Shown here piece after piece: positions 1 through 12,399 of a stretch of 64,000 bases of DNA. A program made the position numbers and the translations under genes. The notes beneath the pieces are model-generated. The model was not told the origin of the DNA. It did not search any database and saw nothing but the letters and a program-made list of their open reading frames with translations. Location: assembly GCF_006345805.1 (NCBI RefSeq), contig NW_021833081.1, positions 1-64,000 on the forward strand, read 5' to 3'. The DNA comes from Octopus sinensis. Taxonomy: Eukaryota. How positions within the stretch are numbered: position 1 is the stretch's first letter; every line of letters begins with the position of its first letter.

Positions 1-525
1 ATCGATCAGAAAAGTTCTAACGGAATAGTTTCTTAGTGATTGTATGACACTGCATTTTCTATATATGTGTTACAAGTGAGGTGAACTGTTGTCATGCCTG
101 GTAATTACTACCCATCACCGAGGAGATCCTATACAAATAATAAGCACGTAGTCTGGTGGTCTTGAAGCAAGCGTTATCTCCCGCTTTCAAGGAATATTGA
201 GTGCGTGAACTGCACTAAATAAACCAGCTGGAGGAGACGTCTTTCTGGACTAAAATGAAGTATCGTCTTCTCTTACAAGACAGGCACTCTTAGAGGATAA
301 GCAATATACACACACACCTATGCTTGTGAGTGGGTGTTTTAAAAATTAATGTCTCTGTTGCTACTCAGAGTATCTCATTAGACTGGGCAATCTTTCAGGA
401 ATTGTAGAGAGGCATTCAATGAGTAGTGAACAAAATCGCAGTTTTGATATGAATGTGTGAAAGCACTTTAAAACCGTTATGCAGTAACGTCTTTCAAATT
501 CACTTAGAAATTGTAACATGGTACG

Positions 526-792
526 TATATATAATATATATATATAGATATATATATATATATAATATAACGCATATAAGTTTAGCGAAAACTTCGTACA
601 TTGTCGTTCAGTATTTCAACTATTAAGTTGGACACCTTGTGTATATAACGGATGATTAATGTTTACAAATATAGAAGCCTATACACACCACACACACATG
701 CGTATATACAAATAATAATATACATAGTACGTATAATATATACATACAACATTCACAAACAACACACACACACACAATATATATACATATAT

Positions 793-837
<45 letters not shown>

Positions 838-925
838 CACATACATACATTCACACATATATATATATATATATATACATTCATTCATATATATATGCAT
901 GTATATGTGTGTTTTTTTGCATATA
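526..925. repeat. (TA)n/(CA)n compound microsatellite
   Basis: Direct reading of dinucleotide runs; explains ORF 656..850. Confidence 0.9.
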
Positions 926-1688
926 TGTAAAATTTGTATATATTTTAAATATATTTTACATGTAGTTTCAAAGTTTGCATGAATGGAAGAGGAATACAAA
1001 AATAGAAAAATAAATTAAATAAATACAATGAGAATCTAATGGAAAACTTAAAAAACAAACACAATAAAATGAAATAAATAAAAGTATATATACATACGCT
1101 AACAAATACAAAAAAAATATAACATGGATATGTGAAAAGGAGGAATTTGTTGCTTGGAAGAAGAGAAGAGAGAAAAAAATAAATCAATAGACCTTTAACT
1201 AAAACTAATGCGATTCTAGGGGAAAATGCCTGATGCGAAATGTTGATAAGAATACGGTTGAGATATCTGTCTGGAGGCATGTCAATGTAAGTGCATAGGT
1301 GATTGATAAGTTACTTACATAGAAGTCTGGCAGGAATTGTTGGAGCGGCAAGAAATAATTAAAAGAGTTAACAAAAAAAAAAAAAGAAAGGAAAAATATG
1401 TAATGCTTTGTGAGAAGAAAGGGGTGAGGGGGATGGTGGTGGTGGTGGTGGTGGTTGTGTTGTTGGTGATGTCGGTGGTGATGGCGATGGTGGGATGTTT
1501 ACGGAGGGGTGGAGCGACCAGCTATTAATTTTGAAATAATGTGGGTGTGTCTTGGGATGTGTACACACACACACACAAACATTCATACATATATGTATAT
1601 TACACATGCACATTCGCAACATGCATACGTACATTTATATATAAGTATGTACATTCATTATATATACAGTATCTTGCCATATATATGG

Positions 1689-1689
<1 letters not shown>

Positions 1690-1729
<40 letters not shown>

Positions 1730-1740
1730 CACAAACACAC

Positions 1741-1779
<39 letters not shown>

Positions 1780-2015
1780 CACACACACATTAGTAAATAC
1801 TTTAACTTTTCAATACTGTTATACAAATTACATTTGTAACTTTACAGAAATAAATTATTCGTTAGATGAATGTGTACATCATGATTATGATGTGAGGATG
1901 ATGATGATTATGATGATCACCATCATCATCCTCATCATCGCCTCCAACACTACCACAACTACCACCACCATCACCACAACCACCACTACCACCACCACCA
2001 CCACCACAAACACCA
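1690..2015. repeat. (CA)n followed by (GAT/CAT)n and (CAC)n microsatellites
   Basis: Direct reading; produces the HT-repeat and poly-T ORFs. Confidence 0.9.
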
Positions 2016-2260
2016 CCCCTTTTAATACGGTTTTCGAATACATGGGTTGGGCCTATGTTCTCAGTCACAGGGTCTCGTCCTTTATTGCTGCCCTTTTTTT
2101 ATATTTTCTTCAGGAGTTTCGTCTCCTACCTTTTGCACAAGCCCTGCATTCAGAACTTTCATTTTAGAACGATGCAACATCGTATTTTACGCTCAAACAA
2201 ACTACGTGCATCATGAATATTTTCTAGGAAAGGCAGTGACTTCAAAGCTAACGATAATCA

Positions 2261-2311
2261 CCAATCAAATAGGACCCAAACCCGCGCCCCACGCGCATGC
2301 ATGCATGCGCA
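2261..2311 (+). promoter_or_regulatory. Candidate core promoter: CCAAT box plus GC-rich palindrome resembling an NRF1 site
   Basis: CCAATC at 2261-2266; CpG-rich stretch; 18-bp perfect palindrome GCGCATGCATGCATGCGC at 2293-2310 (NRF1 consensus TGCGCATGCGCA). Could also be a decayed CA/GC repeat. Confidence 0.3.
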
Positions 2312-2367
2312 GATATGACAGGGAAAGGGCAGCAAGAGCGTATTTGATAGGGCCGAGCAGGCGGAGG

Positions 2368-2387
2368 ATGGGTAACATCGTTAGCAA
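2368..2387 (+). CDS. Candidate first coding exon MGNIVS(K/N) with N-myristoylation-like start
   Basis: gaggATGG (A at -3, G at +4), codons ATG GGT AAC ATC GTT AGC AA, then donor |GTAAGT at 2388. M-G-x-x-x-S-K matches the N-myristoylation consensus. No downstream exon identified with certainty. Confidence 0.3.
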
Positions 2388-2420
2388 GTAAGTCACAGTT
2401 TGGTAAACTAATTTATTAAA

Positions 2421-2747
2421 TGGCTCTCCGTCGGTCTCGACGACGAGCTTTCGAGTTGATCCGATCAACAGAGCAACCTGCTCGTGACATCAACGTGCAA
2501 GTGGCTGAGTACTGCACAGACACATGTAACCCTTAATGTAGCTCTCAGGGAGATTCTCCATGACACAGAATGTGACAAGGCTGGCCCCTTTGAATTACAG
2601 GTACTACTCATTTTTGCCTGCTGAGTTGAATGAAGCAACGTGAAATAAAGTGTCTTGCTTAAGGACACAACACGTCGCCGGGAATCGAACTCACGGCTTT
2701 ACGATCGTGAGCAGACTAAACCTAACCACAAAGCCACGCCTCTTCAC
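2421..2747 (-). mobile_element. tRNA-derived SINE, near full length (family C)
   Basis: Minus strand starts GAGGCGTGGCTTTGTGGTTAGG (A-box) ... GAGTTCGATTCCC (B-box), then GTGTCCTTAAGCAAGACACTTTATTTCACGTTGC body and a ...CTCGTCGTCGAGACCGACGGAGAGCC tail. Confidence 0.8.
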
Positions 2748-3014
2748 CAATTCATTTATCTATTAAGTAATTATAAAGTTAATTGTTGATAAAAGAGAAT
2801 CGAAATACGATGCGTGGGAGTAGGGGTTAGGGTCGGGTACAGATGCATAGATTATGCAAGATGAATCGGTGAGGAGGCTGAATGGAGACGAAAGAGAAAT
2901 CAAATTTGTGGTTTTTCTCTTTGTAATGTGTTTGGCAGTTCATCCTGTTGTGTTTAACGTAGCTGCAGTTTGTATTTTGTAGGTTTGGCGTGTGTGAGTG
3001 CGTTTTGAGTGTTG

Positions 3015-3057
3015 GATATATATATATATATAATCTGTACATATGTGTGTGTGTATA

Positions 3058-3133
<76 letters not shown>

Positions 3134-3167
3134 GTGTGTGTCTGTCTATTATATGAGTGTGCATATA

Positions 3168-3203
<36 letters not shown>

Positions 3204-3350
3204 ATGTGTACATAATGTATATGTAATGTAAATGTGTTCTCAATCTCTCTCTCCCTTCTCTCTCTCTGTCCATATAATATATATATATATATATATATAT
3301 TATATTATATATATATATAGTTATATATTATATTATCTACTATATACAGT
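3015..3350. repeat. (TA)n/(TG)n microsatellite block
   Basis: Direct reading. Confidence 0.9.
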
Positions 3351-3674
3351 TTACAAAAGACATTTGTCTCACTGGATGGAATATTTTTTCGTTGATCCTA
3401 CCTACAACGTAACTATAAGCTGTGTATATAAAAGTATGTGTGTGTATGTGTGTGTGTTTCTAGATTGATATTCAAGATGGCATGGTATGATTCCAAGGGG
3501 ATTTAGCTATAAGTTTTAACACGTCAACGCATCAATTTTCCCTGGCTTTGTTTTAATATTCAACCACTATATATCATTGTATTCCTATGGATTCACTTTC
3601 CTGATTTATTTAGCTGCTCTATCCACACTTTACTTTAGACTCCCCACCACTGCATACATGCATATATACATAGA

Positions 3675-3704
3675 CATCTCTCTCTCCTCTCTCTCTCTCT
3701 ATCT

Positions 3705-3769
<65 letters not shown>

Positions 3770-3940
3770 ATCTATCTATCTATCTATCTATATCTACCAA
3801 TGTATATATGTATGTGTGTATGCATGCATCTATCTATCTATCAAAATATATATATTTATAAAACATATCTGTGGGTGTATATATATATACATACACACAC
3901 ACACACAACACACACACACACGCACACACACACACATAAA
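3675..3940. repeat. (TC)n/(CTAT)n/(CA)n microsatellite block
   Basis: Direct reading. Confidence 0.9.
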
Positions 3941-4504
3941 TGTGAGAGTTTATCTTCATGTTTAAGCCAGTGTCTGCGTATACTTCGTGCGGTAACATAA
4001 ATCGAAAAGAGCATTTTTATATTCATTCTTTTGTGTATTTGATTGTTTATTATTTTACCAATTTTTTTTTGTTATTTCGTTTATTTAATGATGCATCTAT
4101 TTCTTTCTTCAAAATTATTCATTTTATTAATTAGTGCTTGTATATATTTAAAATATTCGCTTGTGTTGGTGATGTAGGAACTTAACGTTGTGACGTAAGT
4201 TTGTATTCATCTCAAAGCATTCAAAGTTGTTTTGTTAAATTCTCCTCCCCCTCTCTCTGTCACTTGTTCTTTGCGTCATCCTCTGTGAAGAAGTCACATC
4301 TCTCCTTTTGTTACGTATTCAAATTTGTTTATAATGCTTGAGACACACACCTATGTTTTGAAATTATTTTGCACTATCCACAGATTTAAAATAATATTAG
4401 TTTCTGACGAACAATTTCAAACTGGCGAAAGTATAGTTTCTTTGCTGAAATCCAGTAAATTTGTTATTTATAATTAATTTCTCTACGGTCATCTAATTAT
4501 TGCT

Positions 4505-4650
4505 GGATCTGAGTCCACTCTCTTTTTGGCCGACTTTACTTTTCATCCCCTGGGAATCGATCAAATAAGTACCAGTTGAATGCTGGGATCGATGTAATCG
4601 ACTTACCCCCTCCCCCAATATTACTGGCCTTGTGCCAAAATTTGAAACCA
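4505..4650 (+). mobile_element. SINE family B, 3' part
   Basis: CGACTTTACTTTTCATCCC...AAATAAGTACCAGTTGA...GATGTAATCGACTTACCCCCTCCCCC...CTGGCCTTGTGCCAAAATTTGAAAC, shared with many copies in the window. Confidence 0.75.
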
Positions 4651-4685
4651 TCACTACTTCCTCTTTTCCTTATGTATTCAAATTA

Positions 4686-4855
4686 AAGCAGTGAGCTGGC
4701 AGAATCGGTAGCACGCCGGGAAAAAATACTTAAACAGTCTTTTGTCCGTCTTAATGTTCTGAGCTCAAATCCACCGTGGTCGACTTTGCCCTTCATTCCT
4801 TCGATCTACGCCCTTCCTCGAAATTGCTGGCCTTGTGGCAAAATTTCAAATCATT
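4686..4855 (+). mobile_element. SINE family B with internal deletion
   Basis: GCAGTGAGCTGGCAGAATCGGTAGC head, TTCTGAGCTCAAATCC B-box-like motif, GCTGGCCTTGTGGCAAAATTTCAAA tail. Confidence 0.75.
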
Positions 4856-5044
4856 ATTATTACGACCTCCATCTTTTTCCCATGACCTTTGCTACATCCC
4901 TCTAATAGAATATTCGTGCAGAAATACAAAAATGTTTGCACGTCGTCTTCATTTTTACAAGACGCCATTTTGTCGGTTGGACCATAGAATAAGAAGGAAT
5001 GAAACGATTGAAGGAGTGAGTAAAGGAGGTTGCTGGTTTTGTGT

Positions 5045-5220
5045 AGACCTAGGTTTGACCCAGCAGACTCAGGATCAAATGTTTCCCAGCAATGTTCAGC
5101 TATTTTTTGTTTTGCAGCGTAGTCTATCTAGGCTTATATTGTCCTTCCTTCCGAAGTGTGTTATTTAATCGAGATTTGGTTGCTATTTCTTGCATGGTAA
5201 CGGGCGACGAAGATTTCCTC
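5045..5220. repeat. Degenerate interspersed repeat (related pieces at ~3460-3560 and ~34940-35100)
   Basis: Shared motifs GAGATTT(G/A)...GCTATTTCT and TGT(G)CGTCCTTC/TGTCCTTCCTT between copies. Confidence 0.4.
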
Positions 5221-5384
5221 AATTGCGGGAACCTTAAAAAGAAATAAAAGAAATACGATATGAAAGAGTTGGAAGAATAAAAGAAAATTAAAATTTATGA
5301 GATGAGTTAGAGAATGGTAACTGGAAATAATAAGGAATAGCGGTGGAGACTGGAAGAGGCTGAAAGAAGATGGCGGATAATAAT

Positions 5385-5403
5385 AACAATAATAATGATG
5401 ATG

Positions 5404-5444
<41 letters not shown>

Positions 5445-5830
5445 AATAATAATGATGATAATAATAATAATAATAATAATGATAATAATAACAATAACAA
5501 CAACAACAACAATGGTGATAATAATGATGATGATTATGATAATGATGAAGATGATACTGATGACAACGATGATGGTGATGATGATGATGATGATGATGAT
5601 GTTGATGCTGCTGCTAATGATTATGATGATGAAGATAGTGTTGATGCTTTGAAGAAGAGTTTGAAGAATTTAAAGAAGAAGAAGAGGCAGAGGAAGAAGA
5701 GGAGGAAGAATAATTTCAAAAATTGAAGTGGAAGGGGAAGAGAAGGAGGAAAGGAAGAAATAAAAGAAGAAAAAGGAGAAGAAGAAGGAGGAGAAAATAT
5801 GAAGTAGTAGTAGTAGTAGTAGTAGTAAAA
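5385..5830. repeat. (AAT)n/(AAC)n/(GAT)n/(GAA)n/(TAG)n trinucleotide block
   Basis: Direct reading; gives poly-N/D and poly-L ORFs. Confidence 0.9.
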
Positions 5831-6019
5831 GAAAGCAAAATGAATGAAAGAAAGTAAGAAAAGGAGAAGGCGTTGGGGGAAGAGTTTCCCAGATAATGGC
5901 GAAGATTTATCGAAAGAAAGACTCGAAGAATACCAACAAATGATGTAAGAAAAGTGTTGCAATCTTTAAAGATGGAGATAACAGAGAATTCTAGATGAAC
6001 GACATTATTCTCGTGATTA

Positions 6020-6486
6020 TTATTGTGATTGTTGTTGTTGTTGATGATGCTGTTGCTGATGATGATGATGTTTGTGTTGTTGATGTTGTTGATGTTTGTT
6101 ATTGTTCTTGATTTTTGTCTTGTGGTTGTTGTTGTCGTCGACGTTGTTGTTGCTGCTGTTCGTCCTCTTCCTCCTCATCCACCCCTCCTCCTATTCTTCT
6201 TCTTCTTCTTCTTCTTCTTCTTCTTCGTCGTCGTCTTCTTCTTCTTCTTCTTCTTTTTCTTCTTCTTCTTCTTCTTCTTCTTCTTCTCCTTCTTTTTCTT
6301 TTTCTTCTTCTCTTTCTTCTTCTTCTTCTTCTTTTTCTTCTTCTCCTCCTTCTTCTTTTTCTTCTTCTTTCTTCTTCTTCTTCTTCTTCTTCTTCGTAAT
6401 AGTTGTAGCGTTAGTAGTGCTTGTTGGTGTCGTTGATGTCGGTATTATTGTGTTGGTTCTGTTGTTATTATTGTTGACGTATTTGT

Positions 6487-6524
<38 letters not shown>

Positions 6525-6525
6525 T
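6020..6525. repeat. (GTT)n/(CTT)n/(TAG)n trinucleotide block
   Basis: Direct reading; gives poly-F/S/L ORFs. Confidence 0.9.
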
Positions 6526-8472
6526 ATTGTATTTGCTTTTGGTGGTGATGCTGGTATTTTGTTGCTTTAGGTACGAGTGAAGGTGGCGGTGGTGGCGGGG
6601 CTTCGTTAATATTCTGTTCTATGTGTTGTTATTGTTGTTATTGTTGTTCGATCCTGTTGACGGTGGTGTGTCATTCCTCGTATCCTCGCAGTCGTCAACG
6701 TCGCCGCCGCAATCCCTGTAGTTGTCGTCGTCGTCGTCGTCGTCGTTGCATTTACTTCTCCCCCGACCGCCTCCTCTTCTACTCCTCTTTCTGATTATTT
6801 CAATGCTACCCCCCCCACGTTCCTTTGTGCTTTTACTATTTTTTTTCCCTTTTAAAGTGAAAATGTGAATAATGATGATAAACGAATCGTTAAAGTGCGA
6901 TGTTTTGAGATGAGAGCTGTGACGGCGATGACGATAAAGTGGATGATGACGGAAGGGAGTGAAGTGGTGGTGGTGGTGGTGGTAATGGCGAATCGTAACA
7001 GTTTGGCTCCAATTTAGAATATGTCAGTTCTTACAGCAGAACCGCAAAACATTGCAGCCTCTTCTTTTAACGCTTCTAGAAGCCGCCCACAAAATAATTA
7101 CTAAACGATATTTGCTGTCTAAATGGAGGAACGGAAATAAATGACCTCTGTAACTGAAGCTACTTCCCGACATATTCCAGGAGACGTCACAGTTCTACAA
7201 GAATAATAACCAGAATTAGTAGGCAAATGTTGGTCTCAATTTTTCATGAACCAGGTAGGAAACAGATACCAAAAGAACGAGGTTCAATTCCAGTTTACTC
7301 TTTTTCTTTTTGCTTCACCACCACAAGAAATATTTGGTTCGATATTCGATTTAAAGTTTAACAAGTGAAAAAAGAAATGGAATATTTTCTGTATTTCCTT
7401 AACCCTTTCACTGTGAAATTAAAACTTGTAGATATCCCTGTAATGATGTTAAATATCTGCAAAGAAAAAAATATATATGTATAGACTTGGTATTTCCTGC
7501 AAGTCACGTTGTCTTAATAAACTTGACTTGTCTCAACGAAAGTAGTTTTAAATATTCCTAAACGAAAGATAGACTAGTTTATAACACTGAGTGGCTATAT
7601 CAGATTTCCGTTGTAAAAGGGTTTAAGTGAGGGAGACCGAATGGAGAGTTGGGAGATCATCTTAGCAAGAACGATAGGCCTCGACTATAAAAGGGTGATG
7701 GACTTGCTTACCCATTTCCAACACATCAAACAAGGAGAGGGAGGATGTTACCTTCATTCATAAACGATAATTTCTTTGAAGGTTTTGTGTCAAATACAGT
7801 TCAATGAACCAATCAGCGATTTCGTTCCAAAGAGGTGTTTGTCCCCTCGATTTTTGGAGGGATCTAACATATCTCCTGTTGCAGGTTCCTGAAGATTCTC
7901 TCTCTTACATACACACACACACACACACTCTGTATTAAAAGATATCTATCGGAAAGGTGTGCGTTTGAAGGTTTTTGAGATAAAGCATCGATAAGGAATA
8001 TACAGCTGTGAATGCATTAATCCTTTTATAATCCATTTTCTCATATCGTAACTTTACTAAATGGCGCTGGCTTTCAATGGCTGCAACTGTTATTATTGTC
8101 GCCTGTCTCCTGTGTAGTGACTTATTGAGAGCGGCCTCTGTCATATCAAAATCTGTGATGCTGGTTACAGCTTTCGCCTGCAGCGGATTTAGTTGAAGAC
8201 TAGTCATTAATTGAAACTATGTTGTACTACAAATAATTATCCTTAGACACGTGATCAATATTTTACTATGTATTGCGCCAACAGCGGTTATATTTATATA
8301 CGAAGTAGAAAGTAGACGTGTATATTAATCTATTGTATATTTCTTCAGGTGATTACTGCTTCAATATATTATGCAATACTAGGACAGCGAGTTAGCAGAA
8401 TCATTAGAACCTCCAACGAGATTGCTGGTCTCGTGCCAACATTTACATCATCATCATCGTTTGCTTTATATT

Positions 8473-8507
<35 letters not shown>

Positions 8508-8508
8508 G

Positions 8509-8555
<47 letters not shown>

Positions 8556-8557
<2 letters not shown>

Positions 8558-8719
8558 ACGGGCTTTCTTCAGTTTCTGTCTACCAAATCCTCTCACAAGG
8601 CTTTGTTCGGCCTGAGGCTATAGCAGAAGACACGTGCCGAAGGTGGCACGCAGTGGGACTGAACCCAGGACCATGTGGTTGGTAAGCAAGTTACTTACCA
8701 CACAGCCACTCCTGCGCCT
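8556..8719 (-). mobile_element. tRNA-derived SINE family A, 5' half ending in (TA)n
   Basis: Minus strand AGGCGCAGGAGTGGCTGTGTGGTAAG (A-box) ... GGGTTCAGTCCCAC (B-box) ... GGATTTGGTAGACAGAAACTGAAGAAAGCCCGTCG. Confidence 0.85.
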
Positions 8720-9230
8720 ATGAACCACTCCTGCACCTCTGAATATATTCTCACAACATTTCTCCTGAAGCTGATTCTGACACCTGCGAAAGCCACAACT
8801 CAATCAAATGTCTAAGGAATTCTATAAAAGACTTTGGTTAACTTATACTTGAAAAATAAAAATAAAAATTTTGAACAGAAAAGAAAAGAAAAATACAAAC
8901 TTGAAAACGAAAACAAAATAAAAAAGAAACATTCTTCTATTTTTTCTCCATGGTATGACTGATAGGAAAGTAGATTTTCCAAAGGTCTGTAGTTTTGGAA
9001 ACACGCCAGTAATAGAGCCATTTCGTATGACCATCATTGTAGCAAACAGGCTAAAAGATGTTTTATTCTAATGATTTCTTTTATGACTTGGTATTCTGAA
9101 AGAATGGAAAAGGATAGCAGTGGTAAAAAGCACGCAAAAAGTCACGTGAGACGAAGCTGATATAATAGTTACGGACGGCGAATTACGTGGAAAACGCGAA
9201 AAAGAAAAGCCCAAAAAACGAAGAAAGAAA

Positions 9231-9294
9231 ATGAGAATTCGGGAAATTTGCCTTTTGTGGTTTCATTCTTTTAGAATTTTATTCCTGGAAATTG
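9231..9294 (+). CDS. Candidate exon (first exon MRIREICLLWFHSFRILFLEI, or 20-nt internal exon 9275-9294)
   Basis: aaaATG at 9231 is open to donor TTG|GTAAGG at 9295. An internal acceptor tttcattcttttAG| at 9274 gives the same frame. GTCACGTGAG E-box at 9141-9150. No homology recognised. Confidence 0.2.
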
Positions 9295-9558
9295 GTAAGG
9301 TAGTCACAGACTCTGCTACTGTGAAATGGAACTATCAAAAACATGTCAAGTCTGCATAAAAAAGCAGCGTAGGGTTAAATCTTATCTGGCAGAATCGGAT
9401 ATCGGATCACCATACTGTGGGAAAATCTCTCGAAGACAATGCTTCAATATATTAGCAGAAGAACGATAGAAGAAATTAAATAGAGATAGTGTAAAAACCA
9501 GTATACTAGGATATGGTATTGTGTGGTGTGTGTGTATGTTTGCAGTATATATTTCTAT

Positions 9559-9590
<32 letters not shown>

Positions 9591-9820
9591 ATATATATAA
9601 TATATATATATATATTATATATATATATATATGCACGTACCTATATACATATACACACATGTATATGTAAATGTATGTGTGAGTGTGTATGTACCTTTGT
9701 AAGCATACATATGTATAAATTATATGCATATATATATATAATATATACATTTATGTAGGTATATGTTTTATAAAAAGATCAAAATATAATTTAATATATT
9801 ACCTTTTATCCATCTACCTT

Positions 9821-9885
<65 letters not shown>

Positions 9886-10619
9886 ATATCTATCTATCTA
9901 TCTAACTATCTATCAGTATATCGGTATATCTATCTTCATATGCATGTATACATATTACATACGTTCCTTCAATCGGCATGTATTCGTCGACCTCTTGGCA
10001 CTTCATTAAACTCTCGGGTTTACTATTTCCCTGTCGGCATTTCTCTTAGACACGGTATACTGGTACAAATCCGCCCTTCAGCGGATTTATTCATGCTTAA
10101 AATGCCTTTTCTTTTCGAAATAATTTCCCTGCCTCCTACTTAAATACGTATACACTCAGAGATGAACTCATACGCATATATCTTTATGTACATTTATGTA
10201 CACACACACACATACACACAATCACACACACATATATATATGCTGTGATAATAAACTATATATATATATATATGCTAATTTTTGTAAAATATTTTTTATA
10301 TCTGTTATTTGTTGTACAAACCATGACTTCTCTCTTTATTTTACCAGTTTCATGATGTTCTTCTTCACAACGTGTGTGTAGTATGGTGTGTAAAGTCACT
10401 CAATAAACATAGCTTAACGTAGGCCAAATTACAAATTTAGAAACGTTGTTTTGTTAGTTTTCAGCTGTGATGGCCATATGGATTGAATACATATTCAGAA
10501 CTCATAAGAAATGCGCATAAAATCTGTCATTTACAATCTCTTCAATTAGACATCAAGGACACACGCAGCGGTCTGTTTGTTTATCTTTCTGTCCATCCAT
10601 CCATAGACTATCTATCTAT

Positions 10620-10802
10620 CTTTTCTTTTGTTCCTTTTCCCTTTCCTTTTTTTCTTTTTTTTCTTTTTTTTGTTCTTTTTTCCCTTTTACGATCCCTTTT
10701 GATCGAAAACCTACGCCACCTTTTTTTTTCTCCCCCAAAAGAAAAGCTCTACCTTGTAACTTGTCCCATCTGTGTGCAGCCCTGTGTGGCCAATAAAGAA
10801 AC

Positions 10803-10850
<48 letters not shown>

Positions 10851-10939
10851 ATCTATCTATCAACCCATCCATCTATCCATCCGTCCGTCAGTCAGTCTGT
10901 CTGTCTGTCCGTCCGTCCGTCCGTTCGTCCGTTTGTTTG

Positions 10940-10977
<38 letters not shown>

Positions 10978-11296
10978 CCTGTTCAGACTTCATTGACCGA
11001 GGTTACCGTGGTCTTTTCCGTAGGCTTTTCTTTCAAGGGTTAAACCTCACCTGTCCTCCCCTTTACACTTCATATTGACATTTCTGTGATAACGATCCCT
11101 ATTGATCAATTTTTCCTCTCCCCCCCTTAAAAAAATTTTTTAAAATTAATCCACCCTCTTTTTTTGTCCTCTTTCTTCCTTTTACGATCCCTTTTGATCG
11201 AAAACCTACGCCACCTTTTTTTTTCTCCCCAAGACAAAGCTCTACCTTGGAACTTGTCCCATCTGTGGCAGGCAGGCTGTGTGGCCAATAAAGAAC

Positions 11297-11344
<48 letters not shown>

Positions 11345-12124
11345 ATCTATTCTATCAACCCATCCATCTATCCATCCGTCCGTCAGTCAGTCTGTCTGTC
11401 TGTCCGTCCGTCCGTCCGTTCGTCCGTTTGTTTGTCTATCTATCTATCTATCTATCTATCTATATCTATCTATCCCTTGTTCAGACTTCATTGACCGAGG
11501 TTACCGTGGTCTTTTCCGTAGGCTTTTCTTTCCACGGGTAAACCTCACCTGTCCTCCCCTTTACACTTCATATTGACATTTCTGTGATAACGATCCCTAT
11601 TGATCAATTTTTCCTCTCCCCCCCTTAAAAAAATTTTTTAAAATTAAATCCACCCTCTTTTTTTGTCCTCTTTCTTTCCTTTTACGATCCCTTTTGATCG
11701 AAACCCCCCCTTTTTTTACCCCCAAAAGAAAAGCTCTACCTTGTAATTTGTTCTGTGTGCAGCCCTGTGTGGCTAATAAAGAAACATATCTATCTATCTA
11801 TCTATCTATCCCTTGTTCAGACTTCATTGACCGAGGTTACCGTGGTCTTTTCCGTAGGCTTTTCTTTCCACGGGTAAACCTCACCTGTCCTCCCCTTTAC
11901 ACTTCATATTGACATTTCTGTGATAACGATCCCTATTGATCATATTTTTTCCTCCCCACCCTTTTTTAAAAAAAATTTATTCCCCCCTTTTTTCGTCCTC
12001 TTTCTTTCCTTTTACGATCCCTTTTGATCGAAAACCAAACCCCATTTTTTTACCCCCAAAAGAAAAGCTCTACCTTGTAATTTGTCCTGTCTGTGTGCAG
12101 CTCTGTGTGGCTAATAAAGAAACA

Positions 12125-12179
<55 letters not shown>

Positions 12180-12181
12180 AC
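10620..12181 (+). repeat. Tandem array of ~3.5 copies of a 335-500-bp unit resembling a retroelement 3' end plus (CTAT)n tail
   Basis: TACGATCCCTTTTGATCGAAA recurs at 10688, 11183, 11683 and 12013; GTTCAGACTTCATTGACCGAGG at 10981, 11479 and 11815; each unit ends GTGTGG(C/T)AATAAAGAA followed by a microsatellite. Confidence 0.85.
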
Positions 12182-12399
12182 TAAAATTCGATTAGAGCTC
12201 AGAATACGGCATCGAAAGTTTATTTTACCAGAAGCAGATCAAATGAATTAGTTGACTGGAAAAATACAAGGACGAAAATGATACAGTAAATATTTCGAAG
12301 CGTGTTTGCGGGAAGTTATTAATTCTGATATTTAATATAATAGAAGTCAGTGAATAAAATGAAAACTTTCTCGGTTAAACACAAGTTACATCATTTCTT

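Noticed and set aside
4152-4200. 17-nt micro-exon candidate (GTAG|...GAC|GTAAGT)
   Set aside because: Joined to the 2368-2387 exon it gives an in-frame TGA; no other support.
4420-4460. CTGACGA...GAAA hammerhead-like match
   Set aside because: Stems II and III and the NUH site cannot be paired correctly.
5890-5950. DNGEDLSKERLEEYQQM peptide with a GTAAGA donor (EF-hand/CIB-like look)
   Set aside because: Poor acceptor context, and out of phase with the MGNIVS exon (immediate TAA).
7935-8207. 90-aa non-repetitive minus ORF
   Set aside because: No recognisable domain and no convincing splice donor; compatible with a chance ORF.
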